DNA of 64,000 nt from assembly GCA_021779375.1 (NCBI GenBank), contig JAJYAT010000001.1:40724-104723 (forward strand), in the 5' to 3' direction. Below, in pieces: positions 55,923-64,000 of the stretch. Every line of letters starts with the position of its first letter. Position 1 is the stretch's first letter. The translations under genes were made by a program, and so were the position numbers. The stretch is from a bacterium (GTDB taxonomy: Bacteria > Patescibacteriota > Gracilibacteria > JAHISY01). The notes beneath the pieces were generated by a model, which did no database searches, was not told the DNA's origin, and saw only the letters and a list, made by a program, of their open reading frames with translations.

Positions 55923-56522
55923 TTAGAAATCCCTCCGTCCTTTCATCGCTGCCGCAAGTGTCACTTCGTCAGCGTAAGACAATTCTGAGCCGGTCGGCAG
56001 ACCACGAGCGATACGCGTGATTTTTATTTGAAATGGCTGCAGCTGCTTCGTGATGTACGACGCCGTCGCTTCGCCCTCGACCGAGGGATTCATCGCGAGA
56101 ATAATTTCCGCGACACCGCCACGCTCGACGCGCCGCAGCAAATCGACAATCGTGAGACTTTCCGGACCAATGCCTTCGAGCGGATTGAGCACGCCGTGCA
56201 GGACATGGTAACTACCTTTCCATGCGCCCGCTTTTTCGAAAGCAAGCACGTCGAGCGCTTCCTCGACCACGCAAATCTGCGAAGCGTCACGCTCAGCGTC
56301 TTCGCAAATTTCACACTGCTCGCTCGTCGCGATATTACGACAGCACGCGCAAAGTCGGAGATCTTTTTTCAAACTCGTCGCCGCCTCGCCGAGCTCGCGC
56401 GCCAAATTTTCAGGCGAACGCACAAGATGAAAAACCAGCCGCGTCGCGGTCTTCTCGCCGATGCCAGGCAGACTCGCGAAAGCATCGATCATCCGAGAAA
56501 TCGAACTAGGGAAATTTTTCAC
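55923..56522 (-). CDS. recR: Recombination protein RecR
   Basis: Contains LPGIGEKTATRLVFHL (HhH), the C4 zinc finger CACCRNIATSEQCEIC, and the Toprim block. Confidence 0.9.
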   Translation of the reverse strand: MKNFPSSISRMIDAFASLPGIGEKTATRLVFHLVRSPENLARELGEAATSLKKDLRLCACCRNIATSEQCEICEDAERDASQICVVEEALDVLAFEKAGAWKGSYHVLHGVLNPLEGIGPESLTIVDLLRRVERGGVAEIILAMNPSVEGEATASYITKQLQPFQIKITRIARGLPTGSELSYADEVTLAAAMKGRRDF

Positions 56523-56543
56523 CTGTGCATTTTAGCGTGAAAA

Positions 56544-57233
56544 TCAAACTCGACCTTCTTGTTTTTTCCTCCTACGAGCATCAAGCATACGAAATGGCTT
56601 GTCGGGATTTTGATGAATTTGTTCGGCTGCGCAGTAAGAAACTGTTGTTTGCCGTTCAGATGTCCAAGCATCAGCAAACACTTGAGATTGACTTGAACGA
56701 AAATCCGGTTTTTGCCAAACTTTCTGCATAGACTGGCTGACCTGCGATCCCGGACCGCGACTTTTGCCATAGCCAGCTCCTGCAAATTTATTATTGTTGC
56801 TGCGCATTTGAATCTCAAACGCCTGCATTAAGCTTACTACTGCTTTTCTAGAAACTTTTTGTAAAAATTTTTCTAAATTAAACCGCATGCTTCGCGGAGA
56901 ACCACTCAGGGCACTATCCAATTTGGGATAAGCTTCAGCTGATAATGCAGCTATTGCCAACCTTCGCGCTGGAACTAATGCCTGCTCAAACAGGCTTTGA
57001 AATGTATCCTCATCCTGTGAAGCATCCCGTATATTTTGATTTAATAAATCTGTAATCGCCCGCACACTCAGACCTTTTTCAGGATTATTGTGCGCATCGT
57101 CCAAAAATTTTTTTAAATCTCCTAAGACAAATTCGAAAATTTTCCAACGCAAATAATTTCGCAAAAGTAGGGTTTGAGTTTGGCTGGTCGCCTCTGCAAG
57201 TTGCTTCTCGTAAATTTTTTCCAAAGCGGTCAT
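56544..57233 (-). CDS. Hypothetical 229-aa protein upstream of recR
   Basis: ORF 21 nt upstream of recR. Helical N-terminal half and a low-complexity basic C-terminal half. No motif recognised. Confidence 0.45.
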   Translation of the reverse strand: MTALEKIYEKQLAEATSQTQTLLLRNYLRWKIFEFVLGDLKKFLDDAHNNPEKGLSVRAITDLLNQNIRDASQDEDTFQSLFEQALVPARRLAIAALSAEAYPKLDSALSGSPRSMRFNLEKFLQKVSRKAVVSLMQAFEIQMRSNNNKFAGAGYGKSRGPGSQVSQSMQKVWQKPDFRSSQSQVFADAWTSERQTTVSYCAAEQIHQNPDKPFRMLDARRRKKQEGRV

Positions 57234-57254
57234 TGGAAGTCTTATTTTAAAACC

Positions 57255-57285
57255 AAAAAGCCCCGACAGTCAAGCGAGGCTTTTT
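57255..57285 (-). terminator. Intrinsic terminator after glnA
   Basis: On the minus strand: AAAAAGCCTCG-CTTGACTGT-CGGGGCTTTTT. The 6-bp stem has one G-U that forms only on the minus-strand RNA, and a T-run follows. Confidence 0.6.
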
Positions 57286-57303
57286 GTTAAGTGAATTGAG
57301 AAA

Positions 57304-58635
57304 TTAATTTTCGATGTATTTCTTGAGCTCCCACGGCGAGACATAGAGGCGATACTCGTCGTACTCCTCACCTTTGGCGGCGATGTATTTCTCACAGAAG
57401 TGCGGACCGAAAGCATCGAGTAAGATCTTGTCTTTGGAAAAATTATCGACCGCCTCAGCGAGATTACCTGGCAAAGTTTTGATCTTGTACTTCTTCGCCT
57501 GCGCGTCGTTGAATTCGAAAATGTTTTCATTGACTGGCAGTGGCGCTTTGAGCTTGTTGCGTACACCGTCGAGACCAGACGCGAGCATCGCCGCGAAAGC
57601 GAGGTAAGGATTGCAGCTCGGATCCGGGCAGCGCAGCTCGACGCGCGTCGCCTTCGACGCGAGCTTCGGATTGATCCGCGGCAAACGAATCAAGGCGCTG
57701 CGATTCGTCGTGCCCCACGCGATGTAAACCGGCGCTTCGTAACCAGGGACAAGTCGTTTGTAGGAATTAACCGTCGGATTCGTGACGGCGGCGAAAGCAG
57801 AAGCGTGATCGAGCAAGCCCGCGATGAAATGTTTGGCGGTTTCGCTCAGGCCGTTTTCGTCTTTCGGATCGTGGAACAGATTTTTGCCCGTCTTGAGCTC
57901 AGCCAAACTTTGGTGCGTGTGCATGCCCGAACCGTTTTGACCCTGAATCGGCTTCGGCATAAATGTCGCGTGCAGATCGTATTTTTGCGCAATCGCCTTG
58001 AGCGCGCATTTGAAGAGCACAGCGGAATCAGCCGTCTGGAGCGCATCGGCGTAACGGAAAGAAATTTCGTGCTGTCCGGGCGCGACTTCATGATGCAGCG
58101 TCTCGACCTGGATGCCGAGCGCAATCAGTGCCGAGGACATGTCTTTGCGAATGTGCGCCGCGAGATCAGTCGTGAAGTCGAAGTAACCGGCTTGGTCATT
58201 CGGAAGCGAGGAAATCGTGCCGTCCTCTTTTTTCTTGAAAAGGAAAAATTCGAGCTCGGGACCAGTGTTATATTTGAAACCCATCTTCGCCGCTTCCGCG
58301 ATTTGCTTCTTGAGGATTTGGCGCGGGTCGCCCATGAAAGGTTCGCCATTTGGCAAGTAAACGTCGCAAATGAAAAGCGCCGTCGGCGTGCTCCCCCAGG
58401 GCAAGACGCGGAAAGTATCGAGGTCAAGGACGAGATACATGTCACTCTCAAAAATACGCGTGAAACCTTCAATCGAGCTGCCGTCGAACCAAACATTATT
58501 GTCAATCGCACCCTCGAGTTGCGAGACCGGAATCGTGATTGATTTCACCATGCCGTGGATATCGGTGAAATGCAGATTGACGAACTCAATCTCGTTCTTT
58601 TTTACCTCGGCGAGGATTTGGTCTTTGGAGGCCAT
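57304..58635 (-). CDS. glnA: Glutamine synthetase type I
   Basis: 443 aa. Contains FTDIHGMVKSITIP, GPELEFFLF, MPKPIQGQNGSGMHTHQS, NSYKRLVPGYEAP and RVELRCPD. Confidence 0.95.
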   Translation of the reverse strand: MASKDQILAEVKKNEIEFVNLHFTDIHGMVKSITIPVSQLEGAIDNNVWFDGSSIEGFTRIFESDMYLVLDLDTFRVLPWGSTPTALFICDVYLPNGEPFMGDPRQILKKQIAEAAKMGFKYNTGPELEFFLFKKKEDGTISSLPNDQAGYFDFTTDLAAHIRKDMSSALIALGIQVETLHHEVAPGQHEISFRYADALQTADSAVLFKCALKAIAQKYDLHATFMPKPIQGQNGSGMHTHQSLAELKTGKNLFHDPKDENGLSETAKHFIAGLLDHASAFAAVTNPTVNSYKRLVPGYEAPVYIAWGTTNRSALIRLPRINPKLASKATRVELRCPDPSCNPYLAFAAMLASGLDGVRNKLKAPLPVNENIFEFNDAQAKKYKIKTLPGNLAEAVDNFSKDKILLDAFGPHFCEKYIAAKGEEYDEYRLYVSPWELKKYIEN

Positions 58636-58881
58636 TTTGTAGGGGTTAAAAAGCAGAAAACATTCACCGATTATCTTTGGGAAGAAATGGTGAAAAGGAA
58701 TTACGGGCGAATTTTAGCCAAATTTTTTGTTAAATCAATTAGATTTCCTTTACAAATTTTTAATTTTATTGCTCTATCTCACACTTTTAGATTATTTTGT
58801 CAAGTTCTTTTGAGATTTTTCGAAAGAATTGGGCGCAAATCAACTTTAGCACTTTTTGAAATTTAGCTAAAATCCAGTGCG

Positions 58882-59148
58882 ATGCAGCTCAAAATGCTTG
58901 TCTCCGGCAAAGTCCAGGGTGTCTGGTACCGGGCCTCGACTGCGAAAATCGCCCGCGATTTAGGGCTAAAAGGCTTCGCGAAAAATTTACCAGATGGCTC
59001 AGTCGAGATTGTCGCCGTCGGTGAAAAAACCAAATTGGAAAAATTGCGGCGCTGGTGCGAACTCGGCCCGAGCAAAGCGCAGGTCGATTGGGTCGAAGAA
59101 GGGTGGAGTGAGTCAGCGGAAAATTTCGCCGATTTCGCGGTACTTTAA
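58882..59148 (+). CDS. acyP: Acylphosphatase
   Basis: 88 aa. Contains [39 protein letters not shown]. Confidence 0.85.
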   Translation: MQLKMLVSGKVQGVWYRASTAKIARDLGLKGFAKNLPDGSVEIVAVGEKTKLEKLRRWCELGPSKAQVDWVEEGWSESAENFADFAVL

Positions 59149-59786
59149 TTCGCGAGCTTGGCGGCAATAGCAGCGGTCACTTCTGCGACCGATTGCGTGC
59201 CGTCAATCTCGACCAATCTGTTCTCCTCGCGATATTTTTCAATCGCCGGCACGGTTTCCTTTTCATAAACATCAAGCCGCGTCTCGATCGCCTCCGCCGT
59301 GTCATCCGCGCGAATTTTCAACTCACCGCCGCAAACTGGACATTTCTCAAACGCAGCCGAATTATCTTTCGCGCCGAAAATTTTGCCACAACCCGCGCAA
59401 GTCTTGCGACCAAGCAAACGCGTGAGTGCTTCCTCACGAGTCAGGGAAATGTAAACCGCGAGCGGTCGGCGACCGACCTTGGCAAATTCCGCTTCGAGCG
59501 AAGCGCGCTGTGATTCACTGCGCGGGATGCCGTCGAAAATCGCCGTCTCGTTTTCGGGTAAATTCTGCAAAAAATTCTCGACGATCTCCATCACGATTTC
59601 ATTCGGGACCAATTTGCCCGCTGTCGTAATCTCTTTCACTTTTTGTCCGAGTGGTGAATCTTCACTGGCTAATTTGCGCAGCTGCCCGCCCGTCTCGAAA
59701 ATTTTGTAGGCAAATTTTTCGGCGAGAATCCGCGCCTGCGTGCCTTTGCCACTGCCCTGCATCCCGAAGAGAATGATGTCTTGCAT
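59145..59786 (-). CDS. adk: Adenylate kinase (zinc-lid type)
   Basis: The likely start is ATG 59786 ([17 protein letters not shown]). Lid CAGCGKIF...CPVCGG. The 3' end overlaps acyP by 4 nt (convergent). Confidence 0.9.
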   Translation of the reverse strand: MQDIILFGMQGSGKGTQARILAEKFAYKIFETGGQLRKLASEDSPLGQKVKEITTAGKLVPNEIVMEIVENFLQNLPENETAIFDGIPRSESQRASLEAEFAKVGRRPLAVYISLTREEALTRLLGRKTCAGCGKIFGAKDNSAAFEKCPVCGGELKIRADDTAEAIETRLDVYEKETVPAIEKYREENRLVEIDGTQSVAEVTAAIAAKLAN

Positions 59787-59808
59787 AAGAAAAAAATTTA
59801 TTAGAATT

Positions 59809-60138
59809 TTAACTGACTTCAAGGCTACCACTCACCGTTTGAAAAACCAATTCGCGTACTCTTTTCACAAATTCAGCATCTGCAAACTTGCCAACTATCT
59901 CGTAATCAATTGCCAAATTAAGAATTAATCCCCACAAATCATCGACGGATGTTTTGGGCGCCTTATTACCTTTTGCGAGAGATAGAGCAACCGCATAAAG
60001 AAAATCTTGCTTGCTTTCTAACTTCCCGTTCCAAAACCCATTTTGTTGAACACCCTCGACAAGTTCCAAAAGCATTTGTCGAGAAAATTCGTCCGTAATA
60101 AAAACTCGCGTACCGCCTTCGATTTCTTGAATCGGCAA
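59809..60138 (-). CDS. Hypothetical 109-aa protein
   Basis: ORF 1 nt downstream of the alaS stop and co-directional with it. No motif recognised. Confidence 0.4.
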   Translation of the reverse strand: MPIQEIEGGTRVFITDEFSRQMLLELVEGVQQNGFWNGKLESKQDFLYAVALSLAKGNKAPKTSVDDLWGLILNLAIDYEIVGKFADAEFVKRVRELVFQTVSGSLEVS

Positions 60139-60139
60139 A

Positions 60140-61909
60140 TTATTGAATTAAAACTGCCTTAATTCTCCGCACTCCAGCCGAGCTCGACTCTTCTTTTTGA
60201 ATTTTGAAGTGTCCCAGTTCGCCCGTATTTTTGGCGTGCGGTCCGCCGCAGATTTCTTTAGAGACAGCGCCAACCGAAAAGACTTTCACTTTTTCGCCGT
60301 ACTTCGAATCGAAGACACCGACTGCACCTGCGGCTTTCGCCTCATCGACTGACAGCTCGGAACATTCGACTGGCAAGTTTTGCGCGATCGCCTCGTTTAC
60401 AATTTTTTCAACCGCGGCAATCTGCTCAGGTGTCATTTTTTCAGAATGATTGAAGTCGAAACGCAAACGCTCCGTCGTAATGTTCGAACCTTTCTGCGAA
60501 ATGTGATCGCCTAAAACTTGGCGCAATGCGGCATTCAGCAAATGCGTCGCTGTGTGCAGCCGCGCGACTGTCTCAGAGTCATCCGCCAAACCGCCTTTGA
60601 ATTTACCAGCTGAAGCTGTGCGAGACTGGTCGGCGTGTGCCTTTTGCGCTGCGAAAAATTTTTCCGGATTTTGAATTGCTGAATTTTTTTCACGCAAAAA
60701 TTCTTCGGTCAGCTCCAGTGGGAAGCCAAAAGTTTCGTAAAAATAAAAGGCTTTTTCGCCGTCGACTGAATTATTTTTGTCGAGAAAGCTGGCAATCTCA
60801 CGCTCCCCTTTTTCCAAAGTTTTCTTAAATTGGTTTTCCTCTTTTTCAAATTCGAGCAAAATCTTGGCGGAATTTTGGACGAGCTCGGGATAGTGCTTGC
60901 CGGCATTCTCGATCACGACCTCGACAATCTGCGTCGTGAAAGTTTGCGCGAAATCGAAACCGAGCTTGCGCGCCTCGCGAATCGCCCGGCGAATCAAGCG
61001 CCGCACGATATAGCCCGCGTCAACATTGGAAGGCGGCACGCCGCCCGGATCGCCGATGATGAAAGTCGCGGCGCGCAAATGGTCAGCCACAATCCGTTCA
61101 GACTTTTCGTTTTTGGAATTCGCCAATTCGCGAATTTTCGCGATAATTGGCGCGAATAAATCTGTTTCGAAAACAGTCGGTTGTTTTTGCAGAATCGCCG
61201 CAACACGATCGAGGCCCATGCCGGTATCGACATTTTTCTGTTTCAGCGGAATGAACTTTCCCTCCGCTGTTTTCTCGAACTGCATGAAAACATCATTCCA
61301 AATCTCGACCCAACGCGGGTCTTCACAGGTTTCTTGAAAGCTATTCGGCGCGGCACCTGCGCCCGTCCAGAAAAACATTTCGGAATCCGGACCGCACGGT
61401 CCCGTCTGCCCCGCCGGTCCCCACCAATTATTTTTTTTCGGCAATTTGGCAATCCGACTTTCGGGCATGCCCAAACTTTTCCAAATCTCGAAACTCTCGG
61501 AATCGAAAGGCGCGTCGGCATCACCTGCGAAAACCGAGACAGCTAATTTTTCGAGCGGAAATTGTAAAACCTGAGTTAGGAATTCAAAGCTCCAACTGAG
61601 TGCTTCTTTTTTCCAATAGTCCCCCAGCGACCAATTACCGAGCATCTCGAAAAAAGTCAGATGACAGCAGTCGCCGACTTCGTCGATGTCTCCCGTACGA
61701 ATGCATTTCTGGCAGCTCGCGAGACGCGTACCTGCCGGATGTTTTTCGCCCAGTAAATAAGGCACGAGCGGATGCATGCCTGCCGTCGTGAAAAGCACCG
61801 TCGGGTCGTTTTCTGGAATCAGCGAAGCCGAAGACAAAACAGCATGACCACGCGCCGCGAAAAATTCGAGATATTTTTGGCGAAGTTCTTCGGATTCCAT
61901 ACGGAGCAT
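60140..61909 (-). CDS. alaS: Alanine--tRNA ligase, short form (catalytic + editing domains, no C-Ala domain)
   Basis: Contains ELRQKYLEFFAARGHAVLSSASLIPENDPTVLFTTAGM, editing-domain HTATHLLNAAL and CGGPHAKNTGE. Only 589 aa versus about 870 aa for the usual bacterial enzyme. Confidence 0.9.
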   Translation of the reverse strand: MLRMESEELRQKYLEFFAARGHAVLSSASLIPENDPTVLFTTAGMHPLVPYLLGEKHPAGTRLASCQKCIRTGDIDEVGDCCHLTFFEMLGNWSLGDYWKKEALSWSFEFLTQVLQFPLEKLAVSVFAGDADAPFDSESFEIWKSLGMPESRIAKLPKKNNWWGPAGQTGPCGPDSEMFFWTGAGAAPNSFQETCEDPRWVEIWNDVFMQFEKTAEGKFIPLKQKNVDTGMGLDRVAAILQKQPTVFETDLFAPIIAKIRELANSKNEKSERIVADHLRAATFIIGDPGGVPPSNVDAGYIVRRLIRRAIREARKLGFDFAQTFTTQIVEVVIENAGKHYPELVQNSAKILLEFEKEENQFKKTLEKGEREIASFLDKNNSVDGEKAFYFYETFGFPLELTEEFLREKNSAIQNPEKFFAAQKAHADQSRTASAGKFKGGLADDSETVARLHTATHLLNAALRQVLGDHISQKGSNITTERLRFDFNHSEKMTPEQIAAVEKIVNEAIAQNLPVECSELSVDEAKAAGAVGVFDSKYGEKVKVFSVGAVSKEICGGPHAKNTGELGHFKIQKEESSSAGVRRIKAVLIQ

Positions 61910-61969
61910 TTTACAACAAAAAAGCCTAAATCTTGTTTAAGCTGCGCGAATCATAAAATCGGATCTGTT

Positions 61970-62542
61970 TTATTCCTCCACCTCAGATTTTTCGATAATG
62001 CCTTTAATCGGATCGGATTTTTTGGATTCAATTTCTTCAGAAAGAGCGCTGAGCGCGCCAGGAGTCTCTTTCGCGACTGGACTATTCATCTGCAAAAACA
62101 AATCTTTTTTCATATCCAAAAGACCTTGTGCTAAATCGACACAATCCTGAATGCGTTGATTACCTGGCTCAAGTTTGAGAATTGCATTCCAAGAATTTAT
62201 TGCACCAAGAATATCGCTGTGAAGATACTGATTCGCCCCCTTCTTGGCAAGAAATTCGGCAGGAGAATTTTGACCTTTCGACTTGATGGCTTCGCGCACT
62301 TCCTCGGCGACAGCACTAGTAATTTTGCCTAAAAAATCAGCCTGTTTCTTGTCGAGAATTTTTTGAGAAGCTTCAATCAAATTCTTCGCGACTTGGTCGT
62401 CCGGATTTAATTCTTGAGCTCTGCGCCCCGACTCAATTGCGCTTGCAAAATCATTATTCTTAAAAAAATCTAGCAACCCTGTTTCGATTGGAGACCGCTG
62501 TTTCTCTTTTGCCGCAGACTGGTTCTCGAAATCTTTTCCCAT
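61970..62542 (-). CDS. TPR-like helical repeat protein (190 aa)
   Basis: All-helical. TPR-like units FASAIESGRRAQELNPDDQVAKNLIEA and AINSWNAILKLEPGNQRIQDCVDLA. Confidence 0.45.
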   Translation of the reverse strand: MGKDFENQSAAKEKQRSPIETGLLDFFKNNDFASAIESGRRAQELNPDDQVAKNLIEASQKILDKKQADFLGKITSAVAEEVREAIKSKGQNSPAEFLAKKGANQYLHSDILGAINSWNAILKLEPGNQRIQDCVDLAQGLLDMKKDLFLQMNSPVAKETPGALSALSEEIESKKSDPIKGIIEKSEVEE

Positions 62543-62597
62543 TTTGGTTTTTGTTAGTAATTTTGTAGTTACATTTTAACAAAAATCACTAAAAAAA

Positions 62598-64000
62598 TCA
62601 ATGTTTCGCGGCCGCCTGCACGAAGCCCAGGAAAAGCGGATGCGGACGAAATGGACGCGAGAGAAATTCCGGATGAAATTGGCAGCCGAGCATGAAGGGA
62701 TGATTTTTGATTTCGGAAATTTCAACGAGATCCACATCGGGATTGATTCCCGCGAAGCGGAGACCACTATTTTCGAGCACGTCTCGATAGTCATTGTTAA
62801 CCTCGAAACGATGGCGGTGGCGTTCGGAAATAATCTTTTTGCCGTAAAGTTTGTGTGACAAAGAACCAGGCTGCAGCTCACAGCGATAAGCGCCTAGTCG
62901 CATTGTGCCGCCTTTTTTGAGAATTTTGCGCTGATTCGGAATAAAATTGATTACCGGATTTTTGGTCGTCGGATTGAATTCTTCGGAATTCGCATCAGCT
63001 AAATTGAGGACGTGGCGTGCGAATTCGATCACGAGAATCTGCATGCCGAGACACAGCCCGAGATAAGGAATTTTGTTTTCACGCGCGTACTCCGCGACCC
63101 GAATCTTGCCCTCGACCCCCCGCTCACCAAATCCGCCCGGTACGAGGATTCCGCTTGCTGATTTAATTTTTGCCCACTCGGGCGAATCTTTTTTGGTCAG
63201 CTTCTCGGAATTCACCCAGACACATTCGAGTCCGTGACCAGCAGCCAGAGCTGCCGCCTTGAGTGCTTCATTCACGGAAATGTAGGCGTCGTCGAGATCG
63301 GTGTATTTACCGACACACGCGATTTTGAGTTTCTTCTTTTCGAGCGTGCACGCCACTGCCAATTTTTCCCACTTTTCGAGCTTCGGTCTTTTGAGTGGCA
63401 AGTCTAATTTTTTCTCGATAATTTTGGTGATACCCGACTTTTCGAAATTAGCCGGAATGCAGTAAATCGAATCAACTGTCGGTGCAGGAATCACGCACTC
63501 CTCCGTCACGTCGCAGAACAAGGCAATTTTTTTGATGTGCTTCTGCTCAATCGGTAAATCGGAACGCGCGAGAATCAAATCTGGTGCAATCCCAATCCGG
63601 CGCAGCTCGCGCACGGAAGCTTGCGTCGGCTTGGTCTTGAGCTCGCCCGAAGCCGCGAGATACGGCAGCAGCGTGAGATGCACGAATAAGGTTTGCGCCG
63701 CTCCGAGCTGATAGCGCATGTGGCGAATCGCCTCGAGAAAAGGCTCGCCCTCGATATCGCCGACTGTCCCGCCGATTTCGACTAGGACGACGTCAGCCTT
63801 GGAAACTTTCGCGGCGAGCAGAATGCGCTCGCGAATCGTCCGCGTGATGTGCGGAATGATTTGAATCGTCCCGCCGAGAAAATCACCGCGGCGTTCTTTT
63901 TCCAGCACCTCGAGATAAATCTGCCCGGAAGTGACCGTCGATTCTTTGGTCAGTGGCACATCGATGAAACGCTCGTAGTGACCGAGGTCGAGATCCGTCT
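62598..64000 (-). CDS. pyrG: CTP synthase (N-terminus outside the window)
   Basis: The frame stays open to the window edge (..TDLDLGHYERFIDVPLTKES..). Contains QIIPHITRTI, the GATase domain GICLGMQ, and HRHRFEVN. Confidence 0.9.
   Translation of the reverse strand, partial: TDLDLGHYERFIDVPLTKESTVTSGQIYLEVLEKERRGDFLGGTIQIIPHITRTIRERILLAAKVSKADVVLVEIGGTVGDIEGEPFLEAIRHMRYQLGAAQTLFVHLTLLPYLAASGELKTKPTQASVRELRRIGIAPDLILARSDLPIEQKHIKKIALFCDVTEECVIPAPTVDSIYCIPANFEKSGITKIIEKKLDLPLKRPKLEKWEKLAVACTLEKKKLKIACVGKYTDLDDAYISVNEALKAAALAAGHGLECVWVNSEKLTKKDSPEWAKIKSASGILVPGGFGERGVEGKIRVAEYARENKIPYLGLCLGMQILVIEFARHVLNLADANSEEFNPTTKNPVINFIPNQRKILKKGGTMRLGAYRCELQPGSLSHKLYGKKIISERHRHRFEVNNDYRDVLENSGLRFAGINPDVDLVEISEIKNHPFMLGCQFHPEFLSRPFRPHPLFLGFVQAAAKH

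Noticed and set aside
58636-58881. A glutamine riboswitch (glnA RNA) or other structured leader upstream of glnA.
   Set aside because: On the minus-strand leader I found only a simple TTCACC…GGTGAA hairpin (58663-58694). There is no recognisable glnA-motif consensus.

Overview
This 64-kb window appears to come from a small-genome, uncultured CPR/Patescibacteria-like bacterium. That assignment is an inference from gene content: streamlined housekeeping genes, an AlaRS lacking its C-terminal domain, a giant LTD-repeat surface protein, a T4SS-type pilin, many TTG/GTG starts and few Shine-Dalgarno-like tracts. ORFs end normally at TGA/TAA/TAG, so the genetic code looks standard. I can support about 60 protein genes and 3 tRNAs (Pro-UGG, Gly-CCC, Arg-CCG). 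I can also support a glycine T-box leader with a textbook antiterminator/terminator switch ahead of glyQS, and one gene missing from the ORF track (a PrsW-family protease running off the left edge). Housekeeping content includes ftsW/rodA, miaB, cca, trpS, xer, mutM, ruvA, purU, uppP, glyQS, ndk, fusA, glmS, recR, glnA, adk, alaS and pyrG. Five things are most worth a second look. (1) A tightly packed 9.3-kb minus-strand cluster (14364-23640) runs from a T4SS-type pilin through a 989-aa unknown, a 52-aa secreted mini-protein, a Cys-repeat/Ser-Gly secreted protein and an ICMT-like methyltransferase to a GT-C-like membrane protein, with no other T4SS parts in view. (2) Heptad-periodic CTTA pyrimidine arrays abut the start codons of several plus-strand genes. 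(3) A family of 30-nt GTTAACCC palindromes is inserted in frame inside tatD, mutM and purQ. (4) A DUF559 endonuclease gene is bracketed by inverted G/C-rich repeats. (5) A soluble MgtE-N/CBS protein sits next to an NRAMP homologue that carries Mg-transporter-like substitutions. All coordinates of hand-called elements were anchored to ORF-track coordinates. No database search was possible.
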